Of a DNA stretch of 64,000 nucleotides, positions 39,154 through 51,433 are shown in pieces. Position 1 is the stretch's first letter; every line of letters starts with the position of its first letter. The notes under the pieces were generated by a model. That model ran no database searches and was not told the DNA's origin. It worked only from the letters and a program-made list of their open reading frames with translations. The DNA is taken from positions 101,308,001 through 101,372,000 of the forward strand of contig OZ024740.1 of assembly GCA_964016885.1 (NCBI GenBank). The letters run 5' to 3'. This DNA comes from Eledone cirrhosa. Lineage: Eukaryota. Both the position numbers and the translations under genes were made by a program.

Positions 39154-39174
39154 ATATATATATGTATGTGTATG

Positions 39175-39206
<32 letters not shown>

Positions 39207-39220
39207 TATGTGTGTATGTA
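38735..39220. repeat. (TA)n/(TG)n microsatellite
   Basis: Directly visible. Confidence 0.95.
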
Positions 39221-39221
39221 G

Positions 39222-39575
39222 TTATCCTCTCCGACAGATATAGTGGCTTATTTTCACTAAGAACCTCTCTTGTAATGGTCTCACCAAGAAGAGGGCATCT
39301 GTTGTACTCTTCCCAGGCACAAAACCAAACTGCATCTCATCTAGTTTGACCCTTTCTCTAATTAGTTGTGCTAATATCCTTTCTGTCACTTTCATAACCT
39401 GATCCATCAGTTTTATACCCCTATAATTGTTCCTCTCCAGAGCATCCCCTTTACCTTTGTAGCAATTTATGAGAATACTGCTGCACCAGTCTTTGGATAT
39501 GACCCCACCATATATAGCCTGATTGATGATGCGTGCAACCAGTTTAGTGCCTACGTCCCCTGATGCCTAAGCACT
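39222..39575 (-). pseudogene. Internal RT fragment of an RTE LINE
   Basis: [42 protein letters not shown]. Confidence 0.85.
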
Positions 39576-40068
39576 TGTGATCCTGGCCTTCAGATCGTCT
39601 TTCGTAATGCAGCTAGATCTGTTGGTGTCTCGTACCACTGCGCCTCACACAAAGAAGTTGAGGGGGTTGCAGTCAGGTGAGCTGGGAGGCCAGATGTCAG
39701 TTGAAGTGTGGTCGATGAAGTTCTCTGAGAGCCAGACTTGGGTCTTTCGGCAGGGAGCTGAGTCTTGTTGCCACACGTACCGCCTACCTGCAGCTACCTG
39801 GTCAATCCAGAGCTTTACTACCTCTCCCAGAACGCAGATGTAGCCATCGGTGTTCAGCTTGAGGCCCTCAGGGAAGAAGTGAGGTGGCATGACGTCACTT
39901 TCACTGCTGACGACACCTAAGACCAATGTTGTCGCTGGAAACTTTGTCTGCATGACTCTGGGCATGTCTTTGGATGAGACAGCGAGCCACCTGTTGTTCT
40001 GGGAGTTGATCTTCTGGTCTTGGCAGAAGTTTTTCTAGTCGGAGAAAAACCACAGCATGTCTGGCTCC

Positions 40069-40293
40069 AGCAGTATTAGTTGTAGATGTTATCGAGATGC
40101 AAGTGACATAATAACAGCAGAAATTAGAGATGAAATATACGTTTATTTTTTGTTATAGCACAAACAATGGTGTTGTACAGAGGCTGGTATCTGGCGTGTG
40201 ATCCGTCGGCTTTCCAGTGGCTGTCTGTCTTTTCTTTCTCTGGCGTTCTCAACCGGCGTTGTTCTATCAAGGAGCGTGAGGCGTCTTACTACA
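40069..40293 (-). repeat. 3' LTR (lacks last 3 nt)
   Basis: Matches 45336-45558 apart from one substitution and a 2-nt indel. Begins TGTAG on the minus strand. Confidence 0.92.
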
Positions 40294-40518
40294 GTACCTC
40301 GAGCCAGATTTTCAAACTATTGAAAATCGATGTCATTACTCACATGTGGAGTAAGATGGCGAACAATGCAACAAGGGGGAGCTATCCGCTCTTGCAAAAA
40401 TTGAATCCAGAATAAGGATTTGAAAAATGTTAAAAAAAAACGACATGCATGCATAAAAAAAACAAGGCAAAGAAAAAGCAGAAACACAGAGGCAAAGAAA
40501 AGGTGCAGCTAACATAGT

Positions 40519-43500
40519 CTAAATATAGACGGTGCTGCAAAGTTTTTTGGGCCAGTGGACCCTACGACCTGAACGGGTCGTGGTCTTGTAACGTGGCGAT
40601 GGTGGTGGTGTAGGGACAGGCGATGATGGTGGATAAGGAACAGTCGTTCGCTCAACAGGCAAATACGAAGGGGTTCGTGGATCAGGAACCACAGCGTCCG
40701 TATCAAGGTGCGCCTGCTTAAGCCTGTCTAATGTAACTGTCACCCTGGACCCCTTAATATCTAACGTGAAATGCTTAGCCGAGCGCGCTAAGACACGGTA
40801 AGGTCCAGTGTAAGGCTGTGTGAGCGGGGGCTTCACCGTATCATTCCTTACAAAGACATGCGTCCACGAGGCAATATCCCTCGGGACAGCAGTCTTGACA
40901 GTTTGTTTCCTAGTGTCCATTGGCGGCAAATCCTGGAAATAGGAGCGCAAACGGGACACGTAGGAAGCGTGATCTTGGGCATCAAGATCGATAGGGGCAA
41001 GCATTTGCCCGGGCAACGTCAGAGGGGCACCGTACAGTACTTCGGCCGGTGAAAATCCAAAGTCGACCTTCACCGTTGACCGAATCCCTAGTAGCACAAT
41101 AGGGAGGTACTCGCTCCAATGCGCCGAGTCCATTGAGGCCATTAAGGAGGCCTTCAGTTGGCGGTGAAAACGCTCCACCATACCATTCGAAGCGGGATGG
41201 TACGCCGTAGTTCTGATGCGTTTAGCACCAATTATTTTTGACAGCTCGAGGAAAAGGCTCGACTCGAACTGTCGTCCACGGTCGGTAGTTACTGTGGATG
41301 GAACTCCATAATGAGAGATCCATCCAGACACAAGAGCACGTGCTGTTGTCTCCGCGGTGATGTTTTTCAAGGGGATGGCCTCAGGCCATCTCGAAAAACG
41401 GTCAATGACGGTAAGTAGATAAGAAAAACCATCGCTGACAGGCCAAGGTCCCACTATGTCAATATGAACATGCGAAAAACGCGCATCTGGGTTGGCAAAG
41501 GTACCCAGGGGAGCCTTGACGTGTCGATGGACCTTTGATTTCTGGCAAGCGACGCAGGAACGGCACCAAGCAGCAATTTCACGCCTCATATTTGGCCAGA
41601 AAAATCTAGCTGATATGAGCTTTGCTGTGGCAGAAGATCCTGGATGCGAGATACAATGTAATCCCAGAAACACGGTCAGACGATGATTCTCTGGAACGAA
41701 GGGCCTAGGCATGTCCAAAGAGACGTCGCAGAGAATTTGGCCAACTGCAGTCGACAGAGGCAAGTATTTCATCTCGCAATTCGCAAACTCGGGCGATGTG
41801 ACATCCATTGACTCAAGGGGAGGCTGATCCGCAGCCAAACGAGTCAGATCTATGTCAGAGGGTGGCGAGATCGCTGTCACGGGTAAGCGGGACAAAGCAT
41901 CGGCCGCTGTATTTAGTGAACCCGGAATGTGCTGGATATCACTCGTATATTGCGAGATGAAATCAAGGTGTCTCGTCTCTCTGGGCGAGTATTTATCAGC
42001 CTTCGCTCTCAAAGCAAAAGTCAATGGTTTATGGTCAGTGAGGATAGTAAATTGTCTACCCTCTAGCACATGTGAAAAATGTTTCACGGCCAAATAGATG
42101 GCTAAAAGCTCTCTTCCAAAGGTGCTGTAGCGCGTCTCAGCAGGATTTAGCTTTTTGGAAAAAAACTCCAGCGGTTGCTGGTAACCATTGATGTTTTGCT
42201 GTAGTACTGCGCCCACAGCGATATCCGATGCATCAACACAAAGCGTTAGCTTTGCACCGGGTACCGGGTGAGTCAGTAACGAAGCATTAGCCAAAACAGT
42301 TTTGGCGTGCTGAAAATAAGCAAGTTGAGTGTCTGTCAAAGAAATATCTTTGTTCTTCTTCCGACAATTTTTCAACATTTCTGTCAGGGAGAAAAGCAAC
42401 TTGGCACAATTTGGCACGAAACGCCTATAAAAGTTAACCAGACCTAAGAACTGGCGTAACTGACGTAGTGAGGTCGGTGGAGGCAAATCCTCTATGACCT
42501 TAACTCGCTCAGGCCGGGGTCGAATTCCGTCAGCATCGATGACGTGACCCAAGAAAGTCAGTGACTCAGCACCAAAAACACATTTGGGTGCATTAAGCTG
42601 CACGTTATACGCCTTCAATCGGCGGAAAAGAAGATTCAAATGGTGCGTATGCTGCTCTGGAGAAGAACTAGCAATGAGCAGATCGTCAATATAGGTATAG
42701 ACGAAATCGAGGCCGCGAGTAACCTCATCCATAAACCGCTGAAAAGTACTAGCGGCATTCCTTAATCCGAACGGCATAGTCAAAAACTCGAAAGACCCAA
42801 ATGGCGTAACTATAGCCGTTTTGGGAATGTCATTTTTATGGACAGGAATTTGATGGTACGCACGAATTAAATCCAGTTTGGAGAATATCTTGCATCCCTG
42901 CAACGAAGACGCAAAGTCTTGCAGATGAGGGATAGGATAACGGTCCGGTACCGTTATCGAATTCAGGCGTCGATAATCTCCAGTAGGTCTCCAATCGCCA
43001 TTCGCTTTCGGTACCATGTGCAATGGGGACGCCCACGGGCTCGTGGACGGACGAATAATCCCCATTTGCAGCATATGATCAAATTCTGATCGTGCTGCTT
43101 TGAGTTTGTCCGGAGGCAAGCGACGAGGGCGAGAGAAAACGGGAGCACCATTTGTAGATATGAAGTGCTCCGTGGTATGAGTAGGTTCATCAAATCGAAA
43201 ATTCCCCTGTGTCAGTTGCGGGAACGAGTCCAACAACGCATGGAAAGGGTCACCGGTGTTAGCAAGAAAAAATATCGAGCTAACCATTGGAACTCCTGCT
43301 GCCTTGCCAACAACAGTTAATCCCGTGATGCCATCAATTAGGCGTTTACCACGAAGGTCCACCGTCAATGAAAAATGGTGGAGAAAATCCGCGCCTAGAA
43401 TCGGATACGGCAAGGCAGCGACAGTAAATATCCATTTAAACTCGCGCCGCAGATTACGAAACTGCAAAAGATTTGTCCGAAAGTTCGAATCGGCGAACAA

Positions 43501-43694
43501 TTTATTGCCTGCAACTCAATAGGCGTCTCAGGGGGAGTCTCCTTCATACAACACACAGGCCATACGGAACAAGCTGCACCTGTGTCAACCAGAAAAGCTC
43601 TACCTGACAGCAGGTCCTCAATGAAAAAGTGGCGGTTAGATGTTGTTTCGCAGAGCGCACTATCCGCCGTTAGTGACTCTGGTCGTCTTTTCCC
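40519..43694 (-). CDS. pol: Pol (protease, RT, RNase H, integrase) with a frameshift lesion in the protease near 43460
   Basis: FLVDTGA in one frame and ILGADFL in another; YIDD; VDASD/TDHKPL; HHCC zinc finger; HIDIVGP..TDRG..ERFHR integrase. Confidence 0.92.
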
Positions 43695-44464
43695 TCGTAA
43701 GCACAAGGAGGCCTACAACGGGCGACTTTTTTACCATATCTTTCATGGTAATAACAATATGTTGTTCCTGGTGTGTTGGAAGGGCTACGGTGGCGAGAAG
43801 TTGAATAACGTCGTGAGCGGCTCCTCTGCCGTCCAAAGGACCTGAATTCCGTGCACAACTCCGCCATTTGACGAGTCATGGCTTCCATAGTAGTGATTAA
43901 TTTGTCATCAGACGCTGATGAGTGTGATTGAGGAAGAGAAGAGGAAGCAACGTACTTTGGCTTCGAAGTGTCTCTCTTCGTCACCTCTACAATTTTGTCA
44001 GCAGAGACAGCAATGTGATCCAGGGTATTCACCTCTAGCATATGGGCTAGGATCGACTGTACCTCTTGAGGTAGGCGAGAGAAGAACAATTGCTTCAGGA
44101 AAGGGCTATCCTGATCTTGGGAATCGCTCAAATCCCGCAAATGCCGGAGAAAAGCGGTAGGGGTCCTGACACCTAATCGTTCGTCCTCGATCAGTGACCG
44201 AAAACGACTCTCTACCGACTTACAATTCCTCCTCAAAATCTCGCCCTTCAAAAACTCATACGTCAAGTCAGAGGGGGCGTCTGTAATTAGGTCTTGGACC
44301 GAATCTGCTAGATTAGGGGGAAGGCCGCTAATCAGTACAGCGAGGCGCTGGTCAGATTCGGTCTTACAGACCGTAAAATACGCCTGTAACTGGGCAAACC
44401 ACATCTTAGGTTTTCCAGTAAAGGCGGGCAAATGTGGTACATTTATGTCAACTTTTAAAATCAA
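43670..44464 (-). CDS. gag: Gag
   Basis: PKMWFAQLQAYF capsid-like N-terminus, RS-rich segment, CYYHERYGKKVARCRPPC knuckle. Start codon uncertain. Confidence 0.88.
   Translation of the reverse strand: MILKVDINVPHLPAFTGKPKMWFAQLQAYFTVCKTESDQRLAVLISGLPPNLADSVQDLITDAPSDLTYEFLKGEILRRNCKSVESRFRSLIEDERLGVRTPTAFLRHLRDLSDSQDQDSPFLKQLFFSRLPQEVQSILAHMLEVNTLDHIAVSADKIVEVTKRDTSKPKYVASSSLPQSHSSASDDKLITTMEAMTRQMAELCTEFRSFGRQRSRSRRYSTSRHRSPSNTPGTTYCYYHERYGKKVARCRPPCAYEGKDDQSH
43688..43694 (-). promoter_or_regulatory. -1 ribosomal frameshift slippery heptamer G GGA AAA
   Basis: In the gag frame (E-G-K codons), within the gag/pol overlap. Confidence 0.65.
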
Positions 44465-45332
44465 AACAAATATATATACCTATATATCGAAAGAGCAATT
44501 AATGCACCCTTGTACAGTGAAAAGAGAACAGCCAATATTGAGAAAAAGTTAAAGGGCAAAAAGAAACAGACATTCAAAACAAGGAAATATTCAAAATACA
44601 TAAAATACAGATATATATCTTTTAAAAAATTTTTTTTCTTTCAACGTCTGTCCCCTCGCGTTGCCTCAACGAACCAGCCAAATCAAATAAGGTAAAAAAA
44701 AAGGAAGAAAAAAAATGTTTTTTTTTAAAAAATATATCCGCGTTGGATATCAACAAAGGTAGCCAGTGGCTAAAAATCCCTTAGAAAAAGGTAAGGCATG
44801 TATATCCCCATGCGGGGCAGTTATGTTCACAAAAAAAAGTTTAGTCTCTTCTCTCTTGATCAGTCATGGAACACACACGCAATTCAAAAAATGTGTCCGT
44901 TACAAAACTGGGAAGGAACGCAACGCCACCTTGGAAAAATACACTTTTTTCTTTTTTCTTCTGTAAGTTGCGAAAAAGTTGGCAACGGAAATGGAATATT
45001 CAAGTGAATAAAAAAAAGTCGCTCTAAATTATCGACACGAATGAATCGTTTTGATATTTCCGATGTGTGGTGGTTTGCGTCGGTAAGGCTATGAAGCTGC
45101 CACTCACTATTCCCGGTTTTGGTCAGTGGTTAAACAATGTTGTCGCTGATGCTGCTGTCGTTGTTGTTCTCGAGTGTAGCAAAAAGTTTATGAAATACTA
45201 CTAATTTTTCGATAATTTTAAAAGGAATATTTTTTATTTTCACAAGTTGCGAAAAAAAGGCCGACAATGTGGCAATAAAAGTTCAATTGGTGAAAAAGAA
45301 GGGCTGCGTTAAATTCTTACGTCGGTCACCAC

Positions 45333-45558
45333 TTTAGCAGTATTAGTTGTAGATGTTATCGAGATGCAAGTGACATAATAACAGCAGAAATTAGAGATGA
45401 AATATACGTTTATTTTTTGTTATAGCACAAACAATGGTGTTGTACAGAGGCTGGTATCTGGCGTGTGATCCGTCGGCTTTCCAGTGGCTGTCTGTCTTTT
45501 CTTTCTGGCGTTCTCAACCGGCGTTGTTCTATCAAGGAGCGTGAGGCGTCTTACAACA
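45333..45558 (-). repeat. 5' LTR
   Basis: Begins TGTTG and ends GCTAAA (not CA), one base before the PBS. Confidence 0.92.
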
Positions 45559-46158
45559 TTTTTCTAGTCGGAGAAAAACCACAGCATGTCTGGCTCCAGT
45601 GGTTGTTTCAACTTGTTAATCAGCTTCCTTGCGTGCTTCAGTCGCTTTTCTTTTATCGCCTTTTACAGAAATTGTCCTTTCCTCATCTTGTATGAAACGT
45701 AGCGAATGTCCTCATGTACCACCAGCCTAATGAGCTTTTCATCCATGCCTTTCTCCCTTGCAATGGCATGCATCGACTTGCTAGGTTCATTGTTGATGAT
45801 ATCCTGAACTTCAGCAACGAACTCGGGCGTTCTGAAGGCGTCAGATCGTCGATCGTGTGTTTTCCTCTCTGATGTTGCTTCGTAGTCGAATCCTGAATCT
45901 TCCAATTCCTTTCTGACCTTTTTCACCATTCTCCTGCTGACGCTGAGAAAATCTGAAATTTTCTTATTTGTCCTCCTGGCGCGGATTTCAAGAAGAACTC
46001 CGTTTCTCTTCCACAAGTTTGGAGGTTCAAAATTATTGATAATCAATCATTCTGAAAATAAATAATGGAAATATAGTCACTGTTTTTATGAAGACAAGAG
46101 TGACAACGGAAGTAAAATTAGCAGTTGAAAATTGCGAACAAATATCGTACACACCCTG

Positions 46159-46200
46159 TATATATATATATGTGTGTGTATGTGTATATATATATATATA

Positions 46201-46249
<49 letters not shown>

Positions 46250-46297
46250 ATATATATATATGTGTGTGTGTGTATATATATATGTGTGTGTGTGTAC

Positions 46298-46335
<38 letters not shown>

Positions 46336-46410
46336 ATATATGTGTGTGTGTGTGTGTATATATATATGTGTGTGTGTATATATATATATGTGTGTGTGTG
46401 TATATATATA

Positions 46411-46483
<73 letters not shown>

Positions 46484-46505
46484 ATATATATGTATATATA
46501 TATAT
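46159..46505. repeat. (TA)n/(TG)n microsatellite
   Basis: Directly visible. Confidence 0.95.
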
Positions 46506-46792
46506 TTTGAGTATATGTTGGTTGTATACCAACACCTCAGTATGCAGATTGGAGTACTCGACGAAGTGCGCAGGTTGGTTTGGTTACTCCGGAGTAATGT
46601 AAAATAAAATAAATAAGTCAAATGTTTAAAATTTAGCTTCGTTTATTACTGCTATATATATTTCAGCTATCTTTGGCTGTGACCTCATTAGTGTGGTATA
46701 GACAAGTACATGTGTTGTTGAGGTGTATAACATTGTCAATACTCTGATATGCCCAGTTCCTGGTTGGGTTGTTATTTCACTGAGGAACTGGA

Positions 46793-46837
<45 letters not shown>

Positions 46838-46922
46838 ATAATAATAAATTTGAAGACTAAAATCCAAAGAAGGCTCGATAAGTATAAATATATATCTCAA
46901 ATATATAATAACCGTAGAGCAA

Positions 46923-48194
46923 ATATTTATTAAAATAACAGATTAAAGTTTAAGCAAAGAATCGCTGCTTTTACCCTTAACGGGATCTTCTGAAACTAAC
47001 AAAGTCAATCTGTGAACGCAGAAGTAAATATTTCAAAAAACGTTGCAACCGGAGGAAGTCAGGAAGACGATACTTTGGTTCGTGGAAACGTTCCCTGGCA
47101 AAGAACGGGAAAAAACGAATATAATACGTCATTATTTGGAGCGGTGAAAAACAATTACACGCAAAGACAAAACCACGTTAATGGTATAAAAGAAGTCGTA
47201 GACTAATATTCTATTAGGTGGTTCATAGAGACGTTCTCTGGCTATGAACGGAAAAACGAAGATAATACGTCATATGTGGAGCGTTGAGAACAAAGTTGAT
47301 GTCATCCTCAATGCCCGTAAGTCGGTAATTAATTTCAACGACTATTTGGATTTAAAAATCTAATAGCACCCCATTCGACGTGAGTATGGGCGCCAGCGAT
47401 TCTGCGGAGGTTACTAATCTTATCGGCCTTTTCCTTCTTTTCTCTATCAAGGAAGAATTCGCCAACGTGGGCGGTGGTTTGTACCGTGATGATGGTCTTT
47501 TGACCATGACTAAGTCCGGGCCACGTGCTTGCTCAGGTTCAGAAAAGAACTCACAGCCTTCTTTAAAGGCTTCAACCTCTCCATACAGGTTGAGGCCAAC
47601 CTCTCGGTCGTTAATTACCTCGACGTTACCCTCAATTTATCGAATGGATTGCATTACCCTATAGAAAGCCGTGTATGTATTTATTTAATTTCAATTACCT
47701 CTGTATTTTATTTACTTTATTCTTAACTCTGAAGCCGAGAATCATTCGGTTTCCTAGTTAGAATTTTAGTCTACGACTTCAGTTATACCATTTACGTGGT
47801 TTTGTCTTTGCGTGCAATTGTTCCCCCAGCTCCACATATGACGTATTATCTTCGTTTTTTTCGTTCATTGCCAGAGAAAGTCTCTATGAACCACCTAATA
47901 GAATATTAGTCTACGATTTCTTTTATACCACAAACGTGGTTCTGTCTTTGCGCGTAATTGTTTTTCACCGCTCCAAATAATGACGCATTATATTCGTTTT
48001 TTCCCCGTTCTTTGCCAGGGAACGTTTCCACGAACCAAAGTATCGTCTTCCTGTCTTCCTCCGGTTGCAACGTTTTTTTTTTTTAATATTTACTTCTGCG
48101 TTCACAGATTGACTTTGTTAGTTTCAGAAGATCCCGTTAAGGGTGAAAGCAGCGATTCTTTGCTTAAACTTTAATCTGTTATTTTAATAAATAT
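46923..48194 (+). mobile_element. Penelope-like element remnant: RT fragment between ~370-bp inverted terminal repeats
   Basis: FDVSMGASDSAEVTNLIGLFLL..GLYRDDGLL and VNYLDVTLNL (47373-47660). 46923-47292 is a diverged reverse complement of 47818-48194. Flanked by (TA)n. Confidence 0.85.
48105..48178 (+). ncRNA. Variant type I hammerhead-like motif in the PLE terminal repeat
   Basis: Stem I AGTTT/AAACT plus distal CAGATTGA/TTAATCTG; core CAGAAGA (U4>A); CCC-gttaa-GGG; GAAA; stem III GCA/TGC; CUU site. Confidence 0.45.
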
Positions 48195-48354
48195 ATATAT
48201 ATGTGTGTGTATATATATATATGTGTGTGTGGGTTTATGCGCCTTGCACTGGAAAAACACCAGGACTGTGTGTGTGTGTATGTATATATATGTGTGTGTG
48301 TGTGTGAGTATATGTATATATATATGTGTGTGTATGTATGTATATATATATATA

Positions 48355-48385
<31 letters not shown>

Positions 48386-48610
48386 GTGTGTGTATGTATA
48401 TATATATGTGTGTGTATGTATATATATATATGTGTGTGTGTGTGTATGTATATATATATATATATGTGTGTGTGTATCTATATATATATATATGTGTGTG
48501 TGTGTGTATGTATATATTAATATGTGTGTATGTATATATATATATGTGGGTGTGTGTATGTATATATATATATATGTGTGTGTGTATATATATACATACA
48601 CACACACATA
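48195..48610. repeat. (TA)n/(TG)n microsatellite
   Basis: Directly visible. Confidence 0.95.
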
Positions 48611-51433
48611 ATCTCGTTAACCAAATATATATACTTAATGTTTTAGGTAATGTCATGTCTTCATGCAAGTACAAAAGATAAACCACTTAGTCTGATCTAT
48701 ACTTACTAAGAAACTCAGCCAATTAAGCTGTAATTGAGTGGTGTGAGGGTGGTAGGATGATAATTGGTATATAATGAAAATTGAGATGATCTGTAGATGA
48801 GAGGAAAACATGTGATGTGTTAGTAAGACGAATTGCAGGTGGAGTTTGTGCTCAGGTATGAAGTAATTAAACATTTTCTAAGGTAACTTTTACTGTTAAA
48901 TTGTCTTGGTTGTCTTGATATGAGATCAAGAAATTGTTTAGAATTGACCAATATCGTCTTTGCTTCAAATATTCCTTGCATCAGTGTACTTTGGAACCAT
49001 ACCATCATCCTCATCATCAAATATCTGCTTTCTACACTGGCATTTGGTTGGATATGTAACAGTCTGAGATCTTATGGGTTGTAGCAACCAATCTTACTAT
49101 CTATATACCATATTTGGCATGGTCTTTGTGACTGGAAGACTTTCTTAATGTGAAGCAGCATACAGAGTATGGTGGGTGCATTTTTGGGAGGCACCAGTAC
49201 AGGTATATGTTTTTAAGACACTAGTGATAACACTTTACAAAATGGACTGAGTGAATTTTTTCATGATTCTAAAATTTTACAGATTGTATTGGGTGCATTA
49301 AAATTACTATGACCAAAATAGTTACCTCTTACTCCTTTGAATTCTGATCTCTGCAATGTGCAGAACCCAATCAATTGTTATCTAGCTTTGCTCAACCCTC
49401 ATTTGCAAAACTTATAATCAAATCATTCCAGTAGTGATAATCCCTCTGCATATTTAGAACTACCTTAAATGATAAATAACTTAACTTTGATATGTTTCGG
49501 TCAGTATTGGCCCAGGCCATGTCTAACTTAATAGCACCACCTGCCCTTTTTTTTTTTTCAAGATAGTAAGTTGTGGTATGCGAGAATTTGGCTATTGTTT
49601 CTGGCAGGTCAAATGACCATGTAGATATTTCCTCTTTCATTTATGTAGTATAAGTTGTGTGAAAATATGGCTTAATGACTGAAAAATTTGCTTCACTCTT
49701 ATAAAGTGCCTGGTTTGTTTTGACTACATGCATCTTTCATAAGTGTATTTTACATACCTTTGAGTCGACACAAACCTTGTGAATGAAATTAGGTAAATGT
49801 AAATTGTGCATATGCCTGTTAGATGGACTCTACATGGAATTCAAAGGTCCAGCCTCGTCAGGTATTGTCACTGATCCTGTTTGATGATTAAATTAAGGGT
49901 AAACATGTTTGTGTCATAATTGGTCACTTACAATATAATTCAATGTGCAGGCAGTCCAGTTGATTGAACAACTAGATACTTATCGTAGAAATAGACTGAG
50001 GTCCATTTACTTATTTTTGTTATGTACTGCTCAATTAACTTTAAAACATTATTATTATAATTGGCATTGGTAATTAACAGTAGTAATAGTGGAATATATG
50101 ATGGTTATTGATTTATTTTGAATCAAGATTTTGTTATATATTGATTTTGGCCAAGTGGAAAGACAATTTGCTAGTTGAGAAGGGATATACTTAATTGAAT
50201 TAACCTCAGCTTATTACTGGGATTTATCAAGCGAATAAGGAGGCCTATAAATAACTGCACGGCCTGCTAGAAATAGTAACCAATCTCATCCAAATTAAAC
50301 TTTAGTTTGTTACAAGAATAAAAGAATACAAGATTCAAAAATAGCCTAGAATGTCTTTGAGTATAGACCTAAACAATGAGGGCTGATATAGTGCTAACCA
50401 ACAATGACATCCTCTCTACTGCTGCCTCATCCATAACCAATAAATAACTTCTAATAATTATGAAATATTTGTTATGCTATACAGCAGAATGTTGTCAAAA
50501 ATAGCTTGACTACAGGATTCCAACTGTTTACAATACAAAATTAAATATAGCCAAGTAAACTTTTCTACCTCACAAAATTTCACTGGGGTTTGAACCAACC
50601 ATCATCTATCATAATTCTGTTCACATCTAGGATTTATCATAGGAATGCAAATCCACAGCAGTACCTAACTGGTATATTATTTTATAACTCTCAAAATGGA
50701 TGAAATTCAATGCCAAGCTTGAAATTATTTGAAATCAGTATACGATAGCCATAAGTACATAAATCAAAGCATTTTGTCTTATAATTTAATAATTCTGCAA
50801 ATTCATTATGCTTAGTTATAAATAAAAATTCATACTATGTGTTATCATTAAGGATTATCTTGATAGAAATTAATACCAGTAATATAACATGATACAGCAT
50901 AATGGAGACATTAACCTTATGCAGTATTACTTACATGCCATAGGATATCTATCTGGTTATCCTTCATAGCTTGAAATATCTAGACATTTCTCTATCATTG
51001 TGTTTCAGTATCACAAGATATTGATGTACTGAGAGATATTGATCGACAACTACATATATTTACATGAGATATATATCTTTCTAAAGTACTGAAGTATCGT
51101 AAAGATATTGATCTACTCCCTTATAGTAATATATCATGAAATAGTATTGATATACCTCATGATATTCCCTTGTCTCAGAAATTATCAATGAATGTAAAAA
51201 AGAAAACTGCTCAAAGCCACGTATGAATATTCATAAACATACATGCATGAATACATGCATGCATATATATATATATATCTATATATATATATATATATAT
51301 ATTGTACCCATCCAGATACAATATATGCATTTATGAATATACATATGTATATGTGTGTATATGCATGTATATGTATGTGTATATATATATATATATATAT
51401 TATAAACATATACATATCTATAAATGTGTGTAT

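Larger units (their letters stand above)
40069..45558 (-). mobile_element. Ty3/Gypsy LTR retrotransposon, CsRn1-like clade, two LTRs
   Basis: LTR pair; PBS TGGTGACCGACG (45320-45331); Gag with CHCC knuckle (CYYH..C...C); PR-RT-RH-IN order. Confidence 0.95.
39576..46158 (-). mobile_element. Dead Tc1/mariner (maT/DD37D-like) transposon split by a Gypsy insertion
   Basis: TA+CAGGGTG terminus at 46158; HTH-like ORF 45663-46046; FFSD*KNF; WQQDSAPC and WPPSSPDCNPLN in 39645-39965. The other terminus is missing. Confidence 0.85.

Noticed and set aside
40081-45558. LTR boundaries at the inner TGTAG (40081/45348)
   Set aside because: Identity extends 12 bp further out, and the PBS position places the LTR end at 45333.
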